This document shows, piece by piece, positions 60,454-64,000 of a stretch of 64,000 nt of DNA. Source of the stretch: a bacterium (lineage in GTDB: Bacteria; UBA8248; JACPRG01; G963555815). The stretch covers positions 1,248,001 through 1,312,000 of the forward strand of contig CBDHDG010000006.1 in NCBI GenBank assembly GCA_965261595.1, in the 5' to 3' direction. The notes under the pieces were generated by a model. It had not been told where the DNA came from, ran no database searches, and saw only the letters and a list, made by a program, of their open reading frames with translations. The position numbers and the translations under genes were made by a program. Each line of letters begins with the position of its first letter. Position 1 is the first letter of the stretch.

Positions 60454-62600
60454 ATCGTAGCCTCAATCGGTAAGATCGCTTCTGCTTCCCAGGGCGTCGC
60501 CTGTTTCGAGAGGGACAGCTAGTACGCCAGGGACGACCCCGCGCACAGAGAGGCGAGCGCCTGAGTGGGCAAGGGCGCGGAGACGCTCGGGCTTTCGGGT
60601 TCGGTCGATGCCGATACCTTCACGACGATTCTCGAAGGCAGGGTGCCGGACGAGCCGCAACTCGACATGCGGGACCGGGACGGCAACATACATCACGTCC
60701 GGGCCGCCATGTAACATTAACCCGCATTTCCCATATAGATCATAAGTTTTGTCGGACCGAATACCGTTTTCTCGTGTAAGATCAAGGTGTTGGCCTCCCC
60801 CTGCCATCATCTTGCGAGGGGACCCAATGGGTGAAGCGAAGAAGGGGGCTTTGAAGATCCGTTTTGACCGTCGGCTGAGGCTTGAGTTTCACGGAACCAG
60901 AATCACTTCGGATGCGGGATTGCTGGCCTGCCGGGAGCTGGATGATGCGCTGGGTTTGACGGTGAGAGCGCCAGTGCAATTGCAAGAGATCCGTCATGGC
61001 CGGAACATCCAGCATGAGTTGGCGCCGCTATTGCGCCAGTCGGTCTATAGCCGCTTGGCAGGGTATGAAGACACCAACGATGCCGAGCGGTTGGCCCAGG
61101 ACCCCGCGATGCAAGCCGTGGTCGGCCGCCGAGCGCTTGAGAAGCAGGCGGCGGGCGCCAACACCCTGAGCCGGTTCGAGACCGAGGTTCTCACCAGGGA
61201 GGAAAATCTCAAGGGGTTGAGCGAGCTGAACCGGGAGTGGGTGGACCGGGCCATGGCACACTCACCCCATCAGCGAATCATCCTGGACATGGACAGCTCG
61301 GAAAGCCCCGTCCATGGGGAGCAGGAAGGTACGGCCTACAACGGCCACTTTCGTTGCACCTGTTATCACCCTCTTTTTTGCTTTAACCAGTTCGGGGACT
61401 GCGAAGGGGCGATGTTGCGCCCCGGCAACGTGCACAGCGCCGATGGCTGGCGCGAGTTGCTTTCGCCCATCGCGGCCCGGTATGAGCGGGCGGGTGTTCG
61501 CCGTTACTTCCGAGCCGATGCCGCCTTTGCGCGCCCGGAGGTCTATGAGTGCCTGGAAGCGCACAGCTTCCATTACGCCATCCGCCTTCCCGCCAACGAC
61601 GTGGTGCAGCGAGAGATCGACTTCCTCCTCACCCGCCCGGTCGGTCGCCCGCCCAAGAGACCCATCATCTTCTATTACGACTTCCGGTATCAGGCTGGAA
61701 GCTGGGACCGTTCCCGGCGGGTCGTGGCGAAGGTGGAATGGCACTCAGGCGAACTCTTCCCTCGCGTCGGATTCATTGTCACGAACCTGACGGCTCGACC
61801 CGAGGGGGTCGTGCACTTCTACAACCAGCGAGGCACAGCCGAGCAATGGATCAAGGACGGCAAGTACGCCCTGAACTGGACACGCCTTTCCTGTCACCGG
61901 TTCGTGTGCAACCAGGTGCGGCTCCTTCTCTTCGTCCTGGCGTACAACCTGGGCAATTTCCTGCGCAGGCTAGCCTTGCCCAGGGGGCTCAAGCACTGGT
62001 CGCTCCGAAGCCTCCAGGTCAAGCTCATCAAAATGGGCGGGAGGATTGTGCGCCACGCCTGGCAGATCATCTTTCAATTGGCCGAAGTAGCGGTATCCAG
62101 GGAAGAGTTCGCCATCATCCTGGACCGAATCAACCGATTACGGCCGGTGCCGGTCTAACCTTGTGCAGAGGGTTCCCGGCAGCATGAGGTGATTGGTTAA
62201 CGGGTTGAACCGCGAACAAAGGGGACCGAAGGGCGAGGGTCCGCCTTTTGGGGCAGTCGATGGCCGTCAGCACCTTGTTGCGGAGGGTTGGAAGGCTCTT
62301 GACAAACCCATCGGAAGGGGATCAACTGGTTTTCATCGGGAAAGGGGACCGGAAACCACCCAAGCAAGTTGATATGGGAAATTCCGGATTAAGCGCATTC
62401 AAATCCGTCTTTCTAGTCGGCATGACCGGCGGCAACGATCGCCTGACCGCCTTGCACCCCATCTGTTCGCAGGTCCGGGCTACTTGGCGGCGGAAGCTGC
62501 AAGCTGCGCGGCGGAACATCTGTCCGAGCGTCAGGCGGTGTTCGGCCATACCGATCTGCCGGCCGCGACGCTCGCCTTCGAGTCGGAACCTGCCAGGACA
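60454..62600 (+). pseudogene. MOBF (TrwC/TraI-like) relaxase pseudogene split by IS1380
   Basis: VASIG...ERDS*YARDDPAH...GKGAETLGLSG.VD...LEGRVPD. Rejoined across the TSD it reads PGRHVTLSAFKSV (cf. DLTFSAPKSVS); later HLSERQAVF. Confidence 0.75.
60721..62387 (+). mobile_element. IS1380-family element, complete (1667 bp), transposase 60827-62158
   Basis: Near-identical to 20047-21713; 5-bp TSD ATTAA. Confidence 0.93.
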
Positions 62601-62672
62601 CATTGCGAGGAGCGGAGTTCGTGTCCGTGTCGCAGCTCAGGATATCGACCTAAACTCGGAGGGCCAAAATGT

Positions 62673-63338
62673 ATGATCTATCTCGTCGTAGCCTGCATCG
62701 GACTCCTGGCCGCTGCCTTCTCTCCCGCGACTTACGCCCAGCTCTCGGGCCCGGCCTCGGTGACCGATGGAGACACCCTCAAGGTTTCCGGCCACCGTGT
62801 CCGGCTCCACGGCATCGACGCACCGGAGAGCGCTCAGACCTGCCGGGCTGAGGGCAAGCCTTGGAGTTGCGGTACGGCTGCCGCGACCGCGCTCCGCAAG
62901 CGCCTCGCCCGACGGCCCGTCGCATGCAAGGAGCGTGATCGCGACAGCTACGGGCGCATCGTGGCGGTATGTCGAGTCGCCGGCGAGGACGTCAATGCGT
63001 GGATGGTCTCCCAAGGCTGGGCGCTCGCGTACCGCAAATACTCGCCCGACTACGTTCCACAGGAGAGGGGTGCAAAGGCCGCTCGTCGCGGGCTCTGGCG
63101 AGGGGCGTTCGTGCCCCCGTGGGATTGGCGGCGCGGGGACCGTCTTCAGGGGCCGGTTCTCACCGACACCGGCGAGTGTCGCATCAAGGGGAACATCGGC
63201 CGCACGGGCGCGCGCATCTATCATGTGCCGGGGGGCCGGTCCTATGACCGGACCCGCATCGACACGTCGAAGGGCGAGCGGTGGTTCTGCACCGAGGCGC
63301 AGGCCGAGGCCGCCGGGTGGCGGCGGTCACGAAGATGA
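62673..63338 (+). CDS. Secreted thermonuclease (SNase-like) with C-terminal C.IKGNI...YH...WFC domain
   Basis: Signal peptide; VTDGDT, RLHGIDAPE, DSYGR, A+..RRGLW. Confidence 0.88.
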   Translation: MIYLVVACIGLLAAAFSPATYAQLSGPASVTDGDTLKVSGHRVRLHGIDAPESAQTCRAEGKPWSCGTAAATALRKRLARRPVACKERDRDSYGRIVAVCRVAGEDVNAWMVSQGWALAYRKYSPDYVPQERGAKAARRGLWRGAFVPPWDWRRGDRLQGPVLTDTGECRIKGNIGRTGARIYHVPGGRSYDRTRIDTSKGERWFCTEAQAEAAGWRRSRR

Positions 63339-63659
63339 GCGTGTGCGTCCATGGCTGACCGTCCATACACCCAATGCCTTGTCGCCTTTCCACCTCCTTG
63401 CCGTCCACCTCCTTGCCGTCCGGCAAACCGTCAGGTCGGTCCTTGCACTTCCCTGGCTGGACCCTCCGTCCGCGCATGCTCCTCAACCAGCCCTTGAGGA
63501 CGCGGGTCTGCACCCCCGCGCGTAGTTTTTCGACCCGCTTTCACCACGAGCCTGCGCCTCGGAACCGGCCGGTGTTCCTCCTTCCCTGGCCCCGATATCG
63601 TGTTCGAACCGAATATGGAGCCATCTGGCCGGGCCCGTAAAGACTGGTAGGCTCGCCCC

Positions 63660-64000
63660 ATGTGCGGACGCTTCACCCAACGTTGCACATGGCCTGAGGT
63701 TCAAGCCTGTCTGGACCTGGTCGGCCCGCCCGTGAACCTCAGTCCACGCTACAACGTCGCGCCGGGCCAGGACGTCGCGGCCGTCCGTTCGGACGAGGAC
63801 GGCCGCCGGCTCTCGATGCTCCGCTGGGGTCTGATCCCCGGCTGGGCCAGGGACGCCAACATCGGCTACAAGCTGATCAACGCCCGCGCCGAGACCGTCG
63901 GCACGAAGCCGGCCTTCCGCGACGCGTACCGGAACCGCCGCTGCCTCATTCCGGCCGACGGGTTCTATGAATGGACGCGGCAGGGTGCGGCCAGGCAACC
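63660..64000 (+). CDS. SOS response-associated peptidase (SRAP/YedK family); runs off the window end
   Basis: MCGRF, RYNVAP, MLRWGLIP.W, LINARAET, RCLIPADGFYEW. Absent from the ORF track because it has no stop in the window. Confidence 0.92.
   Translation, partial: MCGRFTQRCTWPEVQACLDLVGPPVNLSPRYNVAPGQDVAAVRSDEDGRRLSMLRWGLIPGWARDANIGYKLINARAETVGTKPAFRDAYRNRRCLIPADGFYEWTRQGAARQ

Noticed and set aside
63388..63420. 15-bp tandem duplication TCCACCTCCTTGCCG x2
   Set aside because: Two copies only; likely a local slippage event.
1..64000. CRISPR array, tRNA or rRNA genes
   Set aside because: No regularly spaced repeat-spacer array, cloverleaf or rRNA-like stretch was seen.

Overview
This window is a decaying mobile and defence island in a high-GC bacterium. 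No rRNA, tRNA or CRISPR array was seen. It has three layers. (1) Remnants of a MOBF-type conjugative or mobilisable element family: two homologous oriT-like sites with an F/R388-like nic (about 8715-8745 and 30645-30675), adjacent RHH-type genes, a leading region (DUF2493/SLOG, DUF4326, toprim, ssb, a multi-zinc-finger protein) of which about 3 kb is duplicated, an IS1380-split MOBF relaxase pseudogene and a cluster of tyrosine integrases. (2) Defence-type cargo: an HNH + AdoMetDC-like + DUF3326 operon, a RloC-like zinc-hook ABC-ATPase, an Mrr-like nuclease, a coupled HEPN-SNF2 helicase + GHKL-ATPase/HNH pair, a truncated RecD-like helicase, Avs2-like and SIR2 remnants, HEPN and PD-(D/E)XK orphans, and three intact type II TA operons. 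(3) Many IS elements (IS256, IS21, IS1380, several IS3 types, an IS110 fragment) that interrupt genes. The strongest candidates for undescribed systems are the HNH-AdoMetDC-DUF3326 operon and the HEPN-SNF2/GHKL-HNH pair, followed by the oriT/leading-region architecture with its paired TATGTTGC-N47-GCAACATA hairpins. All family assignments come from motifs recognised by eye; no database search was run.
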